Program-made: the position numbers and the translations under genes
Notes under the pieces: generated by a model
The model's input: only the letters and a program-made list of their open reading frames with translations
Database searches by the model: none
Told to the model about the DNA's origin: nothing
Shown: piece by piece, positions 30,245-39,659 of the stretch
How the letters are laid out: every line of letters starts with the position of its first letter
Position numbering within the stretch: the stretch's first letter is position 1
Sequence record: LC680885.1
Reading direction: 5' to 3' (one strand)
From: Staphylococcus phage S6
DNA length: 64,000 nucleotides

Positions 30245-31081
30245 ATGGCAAATAAAAAGGATCTAAGTGAGTTAGAAAGAATTATAAGTAGTATGGACAC
30301 TATTGATGTTAGAGAAGTTTTTAAAGATGTAAGAAGTTCAGATAATGTTAATGAAGAAGATGATTTAAATTCATCTAAATATAAAGGTGATATTAAAGGT
30401 TTAGTAACTAAAGAAGAGTATGAAAGTCTTCCATATTTAGGTAAACGTGTTATTCAGTTTATGGAAAATATTGCAGCTGATAAAGAAAATTTAGACTTTG
30501 AATCTTATTTTGAAAGATATGCAAAAGCATATGGTAAAGATGAAATTGATTCATTTAAAAACACTATGTATAGACTTAAAAGTAGTAAGGTTTTTACAAT
30601 ACAATCATTAATGACAATTACTGAAGCTATTGATTATAAAGTTCATATAATAACTGAAGAATTTAAAGGTATGGATGAATTAAGATTATATGAACCTAAA
30701 CGTAAAGTTAAATCTTCTAGATTTATGGGTAAATTAAAATTTGATTTAATGCCAGATGTTATATATGAAGACTTTATATTAGAGTTTGTAGAGTTTTTAG
30801 AAGAATTAGGAAAAGAAGGATATACTTTTGAGATGTTATTCGGAGAACTTGAAAATACTTCTGATGAGAAAAATCCTATAAGTAAAATTAAATCATCTAT
30901 GGATAAAATGATTAAGCAAGGTAAACTTACTTGGAAGACTATGGAAACTATAACAGAATCTTTAGGTATGAATATTAAAGTTGATTTTATAAAAGAAGTT
31001 ATTGATACTGATGAAGTCAATAAAATTGATGCTTCTAATCAAATACAACTAGAAGATGATAATATAATTCATAAGAAATAA
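30245..31081 (+). CDS. hypothetical protein (about 278 aa)
   Basis: ATG 30245 (MANKKDLSELER...); the track starts at GTG 30230; start uncertain. Confidence 0.5.
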   Translation: MANKKDLSELERIISSMDTIDVREVFKDVRSSDNVNEEDDLNSSKYKGDIKGLVTKEEYESLPYLGKRVIQFMENIAADKENLDFESYFERYAKAYGKDEIDSFKNTMYRLKSSKVFTIQSLMTITEAIDYKVHIITEEFKGMDELRLYEPKRKVKSSRFMGKLKFDLMPDVIYEDFILEFVEFLEELGKEGYTFEMLFGELENTSDEKNPISKIKSSMDKMIKQGKLTWKTMETITESLGMNIKVDFIKEVIDTDEVNKIDASNQIQLEDDNIIHKK

Positions 31082-31088
31082 AATATAT

Positions 31089-31140
31089 CCCCTAACCTTA
31101 TTAATTTAAGGTTAGGGGAATTTATATCATTTTTTTTTTA
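31089..31140. terminator. bidirectional terminator (CCCTAACC hairpin family) between convergent genes
   Basis: cccctaacctt-attaattt-aaggttagggg with an A-tract 5' and T11 3'. Confidence 0.8.
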
Positions 31141-32568
31141 TTCTGTTGTAGTTTCTTCTGGAGTTTCTTCTACTTGTGAAGTAGAAATAGTAACACTAAC
31201 ATCTTTACTTACACTATCAGAAGTGACTTTAACTTTAGCAGTTCCTGCAGCTTTAGCAGTTACAAGACCACTGTTGTTAACTGAAGCATACTCAGATCCT
31301 TCAGTAATAGAGTAACTTACAGAGTTTGTAGATGGTTGAATTTTAACGTCTAACTGTTGAGTTGATTCTGCATCTATGTTAACTTCTTCTGGAGTAACAG
31401 TTAGACTCTTAGTCTTTAAACGGCTTACATTAACCTCTACATTTTTAGAAACATCATCTGATTTAACTGTAACGTTTGCAGTTCCTTCAGAAATACCAGT
31501 AATATTTCCGTTATTATCAACTGAAGCAAATTCAGAACCGTCTTTTAATTCAAAGCTTACTTTTCTTCCTTCTGGTTCAGTAGTAACCTCTAATTTCTGA
31601 GTTTGTTCTGCTTCAATATTAACTGTCTCTGGAGTAACAGTTATACTTTTAGTTTGATTAATGCTTTCAAATTTTCCATCTTTAGGATCATAAACAGAAT
31701 ATTCAATTTTCTTATCAATTTCGTTTTGTATAGTTTCCTCATCTAAAATGCGGATATTGAAATTAACAATATTGTCTTGAATACTTCTCTCAATTACTTT
31801 AACTAAAATTTCACCAGTCTTACTAAAGAATAATAAACGATTTTTATCTGCTTGATATCTAGCATAACTTTCATCACTAACATTTACAGATAATAATTGT
31901 AATAGATTTTCTTTAGCTACAGGAGTGACTTCTTTAGTATCGAAATCTTTATAACCTAAGATTTTATCTAAAGGTAAAGCAGATTCTTTAAGAACGTTAA
32001 TATCTTGTTGTAATTGAACAAGGCGACCTGTAAATTTACCATATTCTTTAACTTTAATAAAGACTGAATCTTTAACACGTTCAAATAAGTTTTTATGACC
32101 TTCAGAAATAGCGATATCATAATTTTCTGAAGCATCTTTAGGGAAGTATAATTTAAGTTCATATTCTTCATTAACTTCTAAATCAGAAGTAGGTAAACTT
32201 AAGATTTCAGATTTAATATCTTTAGCAGTATAAGTTTTAACTACAGACTTATCTGAAAGTTTGATTAAGTCAAATTTTAATAATCCTAATACATCACGAG
32301 CATCTACAGGATTAATATAGAAAGGTACATTAATAAACTTACCAGTTTCTCCTTCAGATTTGAAGTAAACTGTTCTTCTATCATATTTAATTTTACCAGT
32401 TTCAGGAAGAGGTTGAACATCAGTAACAGTCCAACCAGCTTGTTTTAAGCTAGCTAGATCATTACTAGAAAGAATAACGTTTTCACGAGGTCCACGTTCA
32501 CCTAATCCTAAAAATGGAATTAATTTTTCATCTAATAATTTTACTTTAAAGTAGTTAGTAGTAGCCAT
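31138..32568 (-). CDS. virion structural protein with two C-terminal bacterial Ig-like (Big_2) domains
   Basis: Two tandem segments of about 80 aa (TVTPETVNIEAEQTQKLEV...GTANVTVKSDDVSKNVEVNV and TVTPEEVNIDAESTQQLDV...GTAKVKVTSDSVSKDVSVTI) are typical Big_2; RBS aaaggaaag. Confidence 0.6.
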   Translation of the reverse strand: MATTNYFKVKLLDEKLIPFLGLGERGPRENVILSSNDLASLKQAGWTVTDVQPLPETGKIKYDRRTVYFKSEGETGKFINVPFYINPVDARDVLGLLKFDLIKLSDKSVVKTYTAKDIKSEILSLPTSDLEVNEEYELKLYFPKDASENYDIAISEGHKNLFERVKDSVFIKVKEYGKFTGRLVQLQQDINVLKESALPLDKILGYKDFDTKEVTPVAKENLLQLLSVNVSDESYARYQADKNRLLFFSKTGEILVKVIERSIQDNIVNFNIRILDEETIQNEIDKKIEYSVYDPKDGKFESINQTKSITVTPETVNIEAEQTQKLEVTTEPEGRKVSFELKDGSEFASVDNNGNITGISEGTANVTVKSDDVSKNVEVNVSRLKTKSLTVTPEEVNIDAESTQQLDVKIQPSTNSVSYSITEGSEYASVNNSGLVTAKAAGTAKVKVTSDSVSKDVSVTISTSQVEETPEETTTE

Positions 32569-32591
32569 TCTTAGAATTCACTTTCCTTTCT

Positions 32592-33140
32592 TTATTTTTC
32601 TAATAGTAAATCAATTAAATCTTGTTTACGAGCATTTTTATTATACTCAATTTCTTTAGAATCTAATTCTTCTTTAAGCTCAGCTACAGTGAATTCATTT
32701 AAATCTTCTTCTGTAACTTCGACTTCTTCAGAACCTTGTTCTTCTACTTTTTCTTCGTTAGTAGGAGCTTCTTCAGAACTTTGTTCTTCTTTAGTTTCTT
32801 CTTTTACTTCGTCTGATACTTCGCTATCTGTTCCTTCATCCACTTGCTTCTCTTCGCTGCTGCTTTCATCATTGCTCTGTTCCTCTTGTGATTGCGTATC
32901 ATTTGATTCAGAAACTGCTTCATTTTTATCTTCACTCTTATTTTCTTTTTTATTTGATTTATCGCTTGGATATACATAGTCTTCATCAACAATTGTTACT
33001 TGTAAACCTAAACGTCTAAATAAACGAATTTGTGAACCTGAAGCACGGAAAGGTTTAACAAAAGGACCTTTACCTTTACCAGGCACAAATGCTTTTTCAT
33101 TAATAATAATGAAATTATTATCTTCATTGAAATTTAACAT
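32592..33140 (-). CDS. hypothetical protein (182 aa) with N-terminal PGKGxGPxxKP motif, acidic low-complexity middle and C-terminal SAP/Rho-N-like motif
   Basis: N-terminus FVPGKGKGPFVKPF is shared with the tail fibre ORF 35195-37534 (YIPGKGMGPINKPY). C-terminus TVAELKEELDSKEIEYNKNARKQDLIDLL is SAP/Rho-N-like. Confidence 0.5.
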   Translation of the reverse strand: MLNFNEDNNFIIINEKAFVPGKGKGPFVKPFRASGSQIRLFRRLGLQVTIVDEDYVYPSDKSNKKENKSEDKNEAVSESNDTQSQEEQSNDESSSEEKQVDEGTDSEVSDEVKEETKEEQSSEEAPTNEEKVEEQGSEEVEVTEEDLNEFTVAELKEELDSKEIEYNKNARKQDLIDLLLEK

Positions 33141-33212
33141 AAATTAGTAATCTCCTTTACCATATTTTATTTTATAAATAAAAGTTAAGGAAGGATCTTA
33201 TAAAAATCCTTC

Positions 33213-33500
33213 TTAACTAAATGTTCCCCATGCGTTACCAATACGTTGTCCTTTACCATTTGATTTACCAATTGGCACGTATACATATTGTCCTTTAAAT
33301 TTACCTGAAACCCAGATAAGACCATCAAAGTCTTGGATTTCTTCGTATTTAATAGAGTCGCCTTTTTTCATGAATGGACCTGTAGGCCATCCAGTCCATG
33401 GACCATTTTTACGAGTAATAATTCCTGAAGCAACATTACATTTGAAAGTAGCTTTTTCAGTTTTCCATAGAATACCTGCTGAATTACGTTTCCATTTAGC
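33213..33500 (-). repeat. direct repeat copy A (SH3b-coding segment)
   Basis: About 280 bp at about 85% identity to 34176-34462. Confidence 0.8.
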
Positions 33501-34010
33501 AGATGTAACAGCTTTCTTAGGAGCTGCTTTCTTAACTACTTTTTTCTTAGGAGCTGCTTTCTTAGTAGTTGCTTTTTTAGTAGCTGTACTACTAAAGGCT
33601 GGACGAATTACTCCCCAAAATCCTGTATAATCATGGAATACTTTAGCTGCAGGTGAACCATTGCTACCTGCGTTAAACCAGTTCTGGTCAATTGAATAGA
33701 AATTGTTTAAGTTAGCTGAAGTGATAATACCTGTATGACCATAAACATCATATGGAGGATTAGCCCAAATAGCTATATCTCCTGGTTGAGGTAAGAATGA
33801 TGGAGTATTTTTAATAAGTTTCCATCCTGAAGGCATTGTATTACTTTTAAGATCTTTAGCGTTACCCCAAGGCCAGAATTTTCCATCAGTTAAATAATTA
33901 CAATAACCGATAGTCAAATCCATACATTGAGCTCCATAAGCTCCATCCATGTCAAGTCTACGACCAATACGATTATTAACCCAATTCAAAGCTTGAGTTT
34001 TAGTTTTCAT
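33213..34010 (-). CDS. cell-wall hydrolase: CHAP peptidase domain + SH3b (SH3_5) cell-wall-binding domain
   Basis: CHAP catalytic Cys/His context (GAYGAQCMDL...YGHTGII); C-terminal WKRNSAGILWKTEKATFKC...GKFKGQYVYVP is the SH3b fold seen in staphylococcal phage lysins. Confidence 0.85.
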   Translation of the reverse strand: MKTKTQALNWVNNRIGRRLDMDGAYGAQCMDLTIGYCNYLTDGKFWPWGNAKDLKSNTMPSGWKLIKNTPSFLPQPGDIAIWANPPYDVYGHTGIITSANLNNFYSIDQNWFNAGSNGSPAAKVFHDYTGFWGVIRPAFSSTATKKATTKKAAPKKKVVKKAAPKKAVTSAKWKRNSAGILWKTEKATFKCNVASGIITRKNGPWTGWPTGPFMKKGDSIKYEEIQDFDGLIWVSGKFKGQYVYVPIGKSNGKGQRIGNAWGTFS

Positions 34011-34107
34011 ATTTTATTCAAACCCTTTCGATAAATTTTCTTTATTTCTTTATATTTAGTTGTTCTTTTATAAAAATAATATGTTTCATAATAGTATAAA
34101 AATAAAT

Positions 34108-34140
34108 ACCCTAACGAATCTTTAATATGATCGTTAGGGT
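34108..34140 (-). terminator. terminator hairpin (CCCTAAC family variant) downstream of the amidase gene
   Basis: accctaacga-atctttaatatga-tcgttagggt. Confidence 0.6.
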
Positions 34141-34175
34141 ATATAAAATTATAATTTAAATTATAGAATCATTTA

Positions 34176-34462
34176 TTAGCTAAATGTTCCCCATGCTGGA
34201 CCAATACGTTTACCGTTACCATTTGATTTACCTACTGGTACGTATACATATTGTCCCTTAAATTTACCTGAAACCCAAATATATCCGTTAAAATCTTGGA
34301 TTTCATCATATTTAATAGTATCACCTTTAGACATACGAGGACCTTGAGGCCATCCAGTCCATGGACCATTTTTACGAGTAATAATTCCTACAGATACACC
34401 ACATTTGAAAGTAGCTTTTTCAGTTTTCCATAGAATACCTGCTGAATTACGTTTCCAAGTAG
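34176..34462 (-). repeat. direct repeat copy B (SH3b-coding segment)
   Basis: See copy A. Confidence 0.8.
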
Positions 34463-35126
34463 TTGAAGTTTCAGTACTTGTTTTCTTAGGTTTAGCAGGT
34501 GCTTTAGTTTTAGTAGTAGATTTAGTTGCTGTTGAAGTTTTAGCTGTAGAAGTAGCACCATTTTTCATATAAGCTAGAACCTTTTTATCTACATTAGAAA
34601 CACTACGAGACATACCGCATGCAGCTAATAAGTTACCTGGATCTTGTTTGTCTGCTTGGATATCTTGATGCCCTGGCATATTTGTACTTGCATTAATTTT
34701 ATATTCTTTACATAAGAAAGCAAGAACACGACAATAGTTATCAAATGATTTTAATGAACGACTTCTATTAGAGAAGTAACATCCTTCAACACCAATAGCA
34801 CCATCATTAGCATCAATACCATACCAAGAATTATCAGTAGGTGTATTGTACATAACATGCCATGCTTTTTCATCTAAAGGAACACAGATAATACATTCTT
34901 TATCATCAACAAAGATATGAGCTGACGCTGTATAGTTCCAATCAATATTATATGTGTTACGGTAATAATCAACATTATTTTGAGCTGTTGTATTAGGGTT
35001 TCCTGTGTCATGAGCAACAATAAATTTAGGTCCGTTAAGCTTGTCTCCAGCTCTACGAGTACCTATTGGTAAAAAATCAGTATAAACAGGAACACCGTTC
35101 CATGTACCGATATGTTTTTTAGCCAT
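34176..35126 (-). CDS. cell-wall hydrolase: Amidase_2 (N-acetylmuramoyl-L-alanine amidase, PGRP-type) + SH3b domain
   Basis: FIVAHDTGNPN...AHIFVDD...GHQDIQADKQDPGN is amidase_2-like. C-terminal SH3b is about 85% identical in nucleotides to the SH3b of ORF 33213-34010. RBS aggagg. Confidence 0.85.
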   Translation of the reverse strand: MAKKHIGTWNGVPVYTDFLPIGTRRAGDKLNGPKFIVAHDTGNPNTTAQNNVDYYRNTYNIDWNYTASAHIFVDDKECIICVPLDEKAWHVMYNTPTDNSWYGIDANDGAIGVEGCYFSNRSRSLKSFDNYCRVLAFLCKEYKINASTNMPGHQDIQADKQDPGNLLAACGMSRSVSNVDKKVLAYMKNGATSTAKTSTATKSTTKTKAPAKPKKTSTETSTTWKRNSAGILWKTEKATFKCGVSVGIITRKNGPWTGWPQGPRMSKGDTIKYDEIQDFNGYIWVSGKFKGQYVYVPVGKSNGNGKRIGPAWGTFS

Positions 35127-35194
35127 AAAAAATTTCCTCCTTGATATTTATATTACTAATTAAAGTAATTTCTATATTTAAGTGTTCTATATTT

Positions 35195-37534
35195 TTAATA
35201 CTTGATTTCTGTAGATACGATTAATTTATTTTGGTATCTTCCACCTCTAGTGTAAACTTTACTATCAGTGTCACCTACATTAATACTATTTTCAGATCCA
35301 TAACCTATACATTCATCTAAGAATAAATTACTACCTGATGAAGCTTGGAAGTCTTTTCCTTGATAACTTTCAAATGCAATACAACCTAAATTCCATGATT
35401 GCGTGTCTGCATTTACATCAGCTACATTACCTCCATCATTTCTTCCATATATACCATTTATTCTAATGATTTTTAATCCATCATGAGTAGTTGATCCGTT
35501 ATTTGATTTAACACCATTCAATCCTTTATCGGTTCCATTATCCATACCTATACAATTAATTTCTATTATATTAGGTTTAGAACCATCGGCTCCAATATGA
35601 TAATTTAAACCATCAAAACTATTATAATTACCTTTACAGCTATCAAGAATAATATCTTTACCACCAACAATAGCAAGACCATTGTAACTTGAAGCGGAAT
35701 GATAAAAATTACATTTCTTAAAGAATGCACTGTTATTTGAAGTTAAATTCAATTCAACACAGTTTCTTCCACCATATATATTTAAATTTTCAAAATATAT
35801 ATTTGAAGCTAGACTTGTTAACTGTATATTTGAAGAAGATATTAAAGGTATTACATTACTATTTGAAGGTTTATTATCATTAATATTTGAATAAACTTTA
35901 GTGCCATCAGTAAACCATGAATTAGGCGTGTTTTCAACTTCATCAATACTATTTACTTTCTTTATATCAATACTATTATCTAGAGTTACAACTTTATCGG
36001 TAGAAGATCTACTAAATTCATAAGTTCTATTTTTATCAGAAGTTAGTGTCCATGAAGGTTCATCAGCCATAATAATATTCACATTATTACCTGTACCTAT
36101 TATATTAATGCTTTTATTAAAGGCTTTTGTAATTAATGCACCACCAATTCTAAAATAATTGCCATCAGCAACCATAATTGTATCATTATCATTGACTTTA
36201 GGTATTACTACTTTAAAAGATTTAAATGGGGTTTCTTTAGATAAACCATCATTAGAATCATTACCATTAACAGCATCTAAGTAGTAAGTAGTTCCTCCTG
36301 ATAATCTATTAGTAGTTATATCATATTTCACTCCAAAAGTACCTTTTCCATCAGTAACAATTCTATTTTTTAATATTTCATTACCATAATTGAAATCATT
36401 AGGTTTTCTAACTGTTATTGGAAGAGTAGGTGCATAATTACCATCAAGACCGGGTAAACCTTGTAGACCTTGAGTTCCAATCTTACCTGTATCACCTTTT
36501 AACCCATTTAATTGTTCTTCAGTAAAATCAGAGTACTCGAAAGGATCTCCTTTTTCACCTTTTAATAGATCTAATTGTTCTTGAGTGAAATCGGAATATT
36601 CAAAAGGGTCACCTTTTTCACCTTTTAACTCAGATAACTGTTCTTCAGTAAAATCAGAGTACTCGAAAGGATCTCCTTTTAATCCATTTAACTGCTCTTC
36701 AGTAAAATCAGAGTATTTGAAGGGGTCGCCTTTAGGACCTTGTATACCTGGATCACCTTCATACATTTCGGCATTTTCTATCATATAATTCTTAAGATTT
36801 TCTTTATAATCTAATAAATTATTTTCAAAATCATCTATTTTATTATTAAATGAATCTTGTGAAGTTTTTAATTCTTCAGATTTATCTTTTATAAGATTTA
36901 ATTTTTCTTCAACCTTAATTACATCATTTTCCATGTTCTTAACATAATTTGTAGTCTCACTAAGTTTTTCCATTTCATCATTAAGACTCATTGTATTGTT
37001 ATAATTACTATTGAATTGTTCTCTTACAGTTTCAAAATCAGTTAAAGTATCTTTCATACTACTTAATTTATTATTCATATCTTCTATTGTTGAAATTACA
37101 TCTTCTTTTTCAGATTGGAGGTCTAATTTTTTATCTTCAATACTATATTTAAAACTATCTAGCTCACTCAAATATGAATTAAGATTATCATCATCAATTA
37201 AATTTTCTTTAATTAAGTTAAGTTTTTCTTCCGCTTTTCCATTAATATTATCTATATCATTAGATATTATTTTTATCTGTTTAAAAGCTTCATTTACTTG
37301 AAGATACTTTTGTTTTATAAAATCTTCAATAGAGAAATAATCAGCTACGTCATATTCTCCATCTGAATTTAGATCAACATATTCATTTTTATTTACCTTT
37401 ACATATTGAATATTCATTAAATCATAATAATCTAATGTATTTCTATCAACATAATAAGGTTTATTTATAGGTCCCATACCTTTACCCGGAATATAAGTTT
37501 TTTGAGGAACTATAATTAGTACACTATCTTCCAT
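35195..37534 (-). CDS. tail fibre / tailspike protein (779 aa): N-terminal anchor motif, coiled coil, collagen-like and tandem 16-18 aa repeats, C-terminal right-handed beta-helix
   Basis: GDPGIQGPKGDPF...GDTGKIGTQGLQGLPGLDGN (Gly-X-Y). Four to five copies of DPFEYSDFTEEQL(N/S)(G/E)LKG. The C-terminal 350 aa have pectate-lyase-like repeats (NLNIYGGRNC...GLAIVGGKDIILDSC...). Strong RBS aaaggagtgg. Confidence 0.75.
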   Translation of the reverse strand: MEDSVLIIVPQKTYIPGKGMGPINKPYYVDRNTLDYYDLMNIQYVKVNKNEYVDLNSDGEYDVADYFSIEDFIKQKYLQVNEAFKQIKIISNDIDNINGKAEEKLNLIKENLIDDDNLNSYLSELDSFKYSIEDKKLDLQSEKEDVISTIEDMNNKLSSMKDTLTDFETVREQFNSNYNNTMSLNDEMEKLSETTNYVKNMENDVIKVEEKLNLIKDKSEELKTSQDSFNNKIDDFENNLLDYKENLKNYMIENAEMYEGDPGIQGPKGDPFKYSDFTEEQLNGLKGDPFEYSDFTEEQLSELKGEKGDPFEYSDFTQEQLDLLKGEKGDPFEYSDFTEEQLNGLKGDTGKIGTQGLQGLPGLDGNYAPTLPITVRKPNDFNYGNEILKNRIVTDGKGTFGVKYDITTNRLSGGTTYYLDAVNGNDSNDGLSKETPFKSFKVVIPKVNDNDTIMVADGNYFRIGGALITKAFNKSINIIGTGNNVNIIMADEPSWTLTSDKNRTYEFSRSSTDKVVTLDNSIDIKKVNSIDEVENTPNSWFTDGTKVYSNINDNKPSNSNVIPLISSSNIQLTSLASNIYFENLNIYGGRNCVELNLTSNNSAFFKKCNFYHSASSYNGLAIVGGKDIILDSCKGNYNSFDGLNYHIGADGSKPNIIEINCIGMDNGTDKGLNGVKSNNGSTTHDGLKIIRINGIYGRNDGGNVADVNADTQSWNLGCIAFESYQGKDFQASSGSNLFLDECIGYGSENSINVGDTDSKVYTRGGRYQNKLIVSTEIKY
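36505..36740 (-). repeat. tandem DNA repeat (4 units of 54-63 bp) inside the tail-fibre gene
   Basis: ttcttcagtaaaatcagagtactcgaaaggatctcctttt recurs at about 36518, 36641 and 36697, with a diverged copy at 36578. Confidence 0.8.
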
Positions 37535-37567
37535 ACTATATTTCCACTCCTTTAAATTTGATCTGTA

Positions 37568-37660
37568 AAATCCCCCTAATATATTTTTAAATCGATGATT
37601 ATTCTATTCTTATAATTATTGGCTCATCGTTTAAAGTTATATATTAGGGGAACTAATTTT
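37568..37660. repeat. large nested imperfect palindrome in the intergenic region
   Basis: tccccctaatatat ... atatattagggga outer stem encloses an inner aaatcgatga...tcatcgttt stem. Confidence 0.5.
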
Positions 37661-37713
37661 AGTCGAAAAAACTAACGAAAATTAATTTTTATTATATAAT
37701 AATGTTATAAATT

Positions 37714-39639
37714 TTAACCATTAATAATTTTAAAAATATTTTCGTTTAATAAATCTCTTTCTAATCTACTTTCTTCAGAAAGTTTTTCCATCAATTCTTC
37801 TTCTGTATATTCATCAAAAGATACAGAATTATATCCATTAATAGAAATAGAAGATTCATTAACTTGAATTGATTTATTTACATTTAGATCATTAATGCTT
37901 TCTTCTAAGAATTTTTTAAGGCGTGTTTCATCTCTATTAGGTACATTTTCATAGGCTTCAAACACTATATCTTCATAGTATTCTTCTAATGATTCTTCAA
38001 AACCTTCATAAAGTGAATCATCTTTATTTTTTAATTGGAAATTAATATCTTCTTCTAGCAATTCTAAATTAACTTCTTCAGATAATCTTTCTTTAACATC
38101 TTCGTTAACTTCATCTAAAGGATTAAGATAATTTTCTAATAAACCTGATTCTGATTCATTATTAACACGTTGAATTGTATTCATATTGAATTCTTTTTCT
38201 AAGTTTTCTAAAGTTATTTCATTATCTGTATAGAATTCTTTAAGAACTTTATTTACTTTAGGTTCAACTACAATAACTTTCTTAAATCCTAAACCGAAAT
38301 CAACTTTATCAACTAATAATGAAGAAGGATTATATACTTTAGGAACTTCATCCATATAAGATTCTTTACTAATAACGATATCAACACGTTTACCTAAAGA
38401 TTCAGATAAAGCATTTGTATATCTAATTAAGTCTTTAATTGTGTAAGTTTCATTAACTTCTTCTTCATTAATAACTTTAGTTTTAAATTCAATATCAGTA
38501 GATCCACAATTTTCACATACTAATTCATCTTCATTAACGTTAGGATCAACTGTTTCTTGAACTCCACATTCGTTACAAATTACTTCTCCAACTTCTTTAG
38601 AACCTTTTAAGGCTTCTTCAAGTTCTTCATTACAATTCTCACATACTAATTCATTTGATTCATTCATTGTTAGATTGCTTCCACAATTTTCACAAACAGC
38701 TTTTCCATTTTCAATTTTACCAGTTTCACTTAAAATACGTCTAACAGTTTCAATTGATTCATTAGTAACAAAAATCTGTTTTTCATTTTCGTTCTCTAAT
38801 TTAAATGTATTTAATAGAGTTTCATGAATTTTCTCTGCATGATTTTTAAAAGATTTAACTACAGCAAAATCAGAATCTTCTCTCATATATACATATGGGA
38901 AAGCTTGATTGTTTTTATCATCAACATAATTTTCATTAGCAATTATATTTTGTTTTTCAGTATTAACTTCTTTAGATTCTGGAGTACCAATAGCATATCC
39001 TACTTCAGCAGGAGTGTCTAATATTCCATTTTTTAAATCTACAAAAGTAAATTCAGGTGCTGGATCTTTATCGTATAAATAAGTTTCAGTAACTGCTCCT
39101 CCAACACTTGGAGAACCATTTGCAGCAGACAAACCTCCATCACTAACAGAACTTGCATTGGTATTTGCATTAGAAGTACTTACTGAATAAGTCGCATGTG
39201 GACCAAAAGTAGTAGGAACCATCATTTGAGAATCTAAGAATTTAGCTCTTAATTCAGAATATCCTGGTTGTTTCTTATCTTCATCATCGTCTTCTTTTTC
39301 ATCTTCGAATAAATAATCTTCTTCAACAGAAATTTCAGGATCTGAATTAGCTACATCAGTAATGATAACTTCATCTTTATCAGCCACGATTGGTTGATCG
39401 TAATCAGGATGATCCGAATCAATTACTTGAACATCGTCTTCATCTTCAGCATCTTCAATTTCATCAAGATCATCAGATTCCTCATCATCAATTTCTTCTT
39501 CATCTTCATTAATTATTTCGTTAAACATTTCTTCTAATTCTTCATCATCTTCAGGAATATCACGTTTTAATTCTTCATTTTCATCATCATTTAAATCATC
39601 TTCAAATAATAACATATCATTTTTATTTTCTTCAGACAT
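37714..39639 (-). CDS. hypothetical protein (641 aa): extremely acidic N-terminus plus four CxxC zinc-ribbon motifs
   Basis: N-terminal 120 aa are over 50% D/E. CENCGSNLTMNESNELVCENCN and ICNECG...LVCENCGS are zinc ribbons paralogous to the one in ORF 41615. RBS aaggagg. Confidence 0.55.
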   Translation of the reverse strand: MSEENKNDMLLFEDDLNDDENEELKRDIPEDDEELEEMFNEIINEDEEEIDDEESDDLDEIEDAEDEDDVQVIDSDHPDYDQPIVADKDEVIITDVANSDPEISVEEDYLFEDEKEDDDEDKKQPGYSELRAKFLDSQMMVPTTFGPHATYSVSTSNANTNASSVSDGGLSAANGSPSVGGAVTETYLYDKDPAPEFTFVDLKNGILDTPAEVGYAIGTPESKEVNTEKQNIIANENYVDDKNNQAFPYVYMREDSDFAVVKSFKNHAEKIHETLLNTFKLENENEKQIFVTNESIETVRRILSETGKIENGKAVCENCGSNLTMNESNELVCENCNEELEEALKGSKEVGEVICNECGVQETVDPNVNEDELVCENCGSTDIEFKTKVINEEEVNETYTIKDLIRYTNALSESLGKRVDIVISKESYMDEVPKVYNPSSLLVDKVDFGLGFKKVIVVEPKVNKVLKEFYTDNEITLENLEKEFNMNTIQRVNNESESGLLENYLNPLDEVNEDVKERLSEEVNLELLEEDINFQLKNKDDSLYEGFEESLEEYYEDIVFEAYENVPNRDETRLKKFLEESINDLNVNKSIQVNESSISINGYNSVSFDEYTEEELMEKLSEESRLERDLLNENIFKIING

Positions 39640-39659
39640 TTTTAAATATCCTCCTTAAA

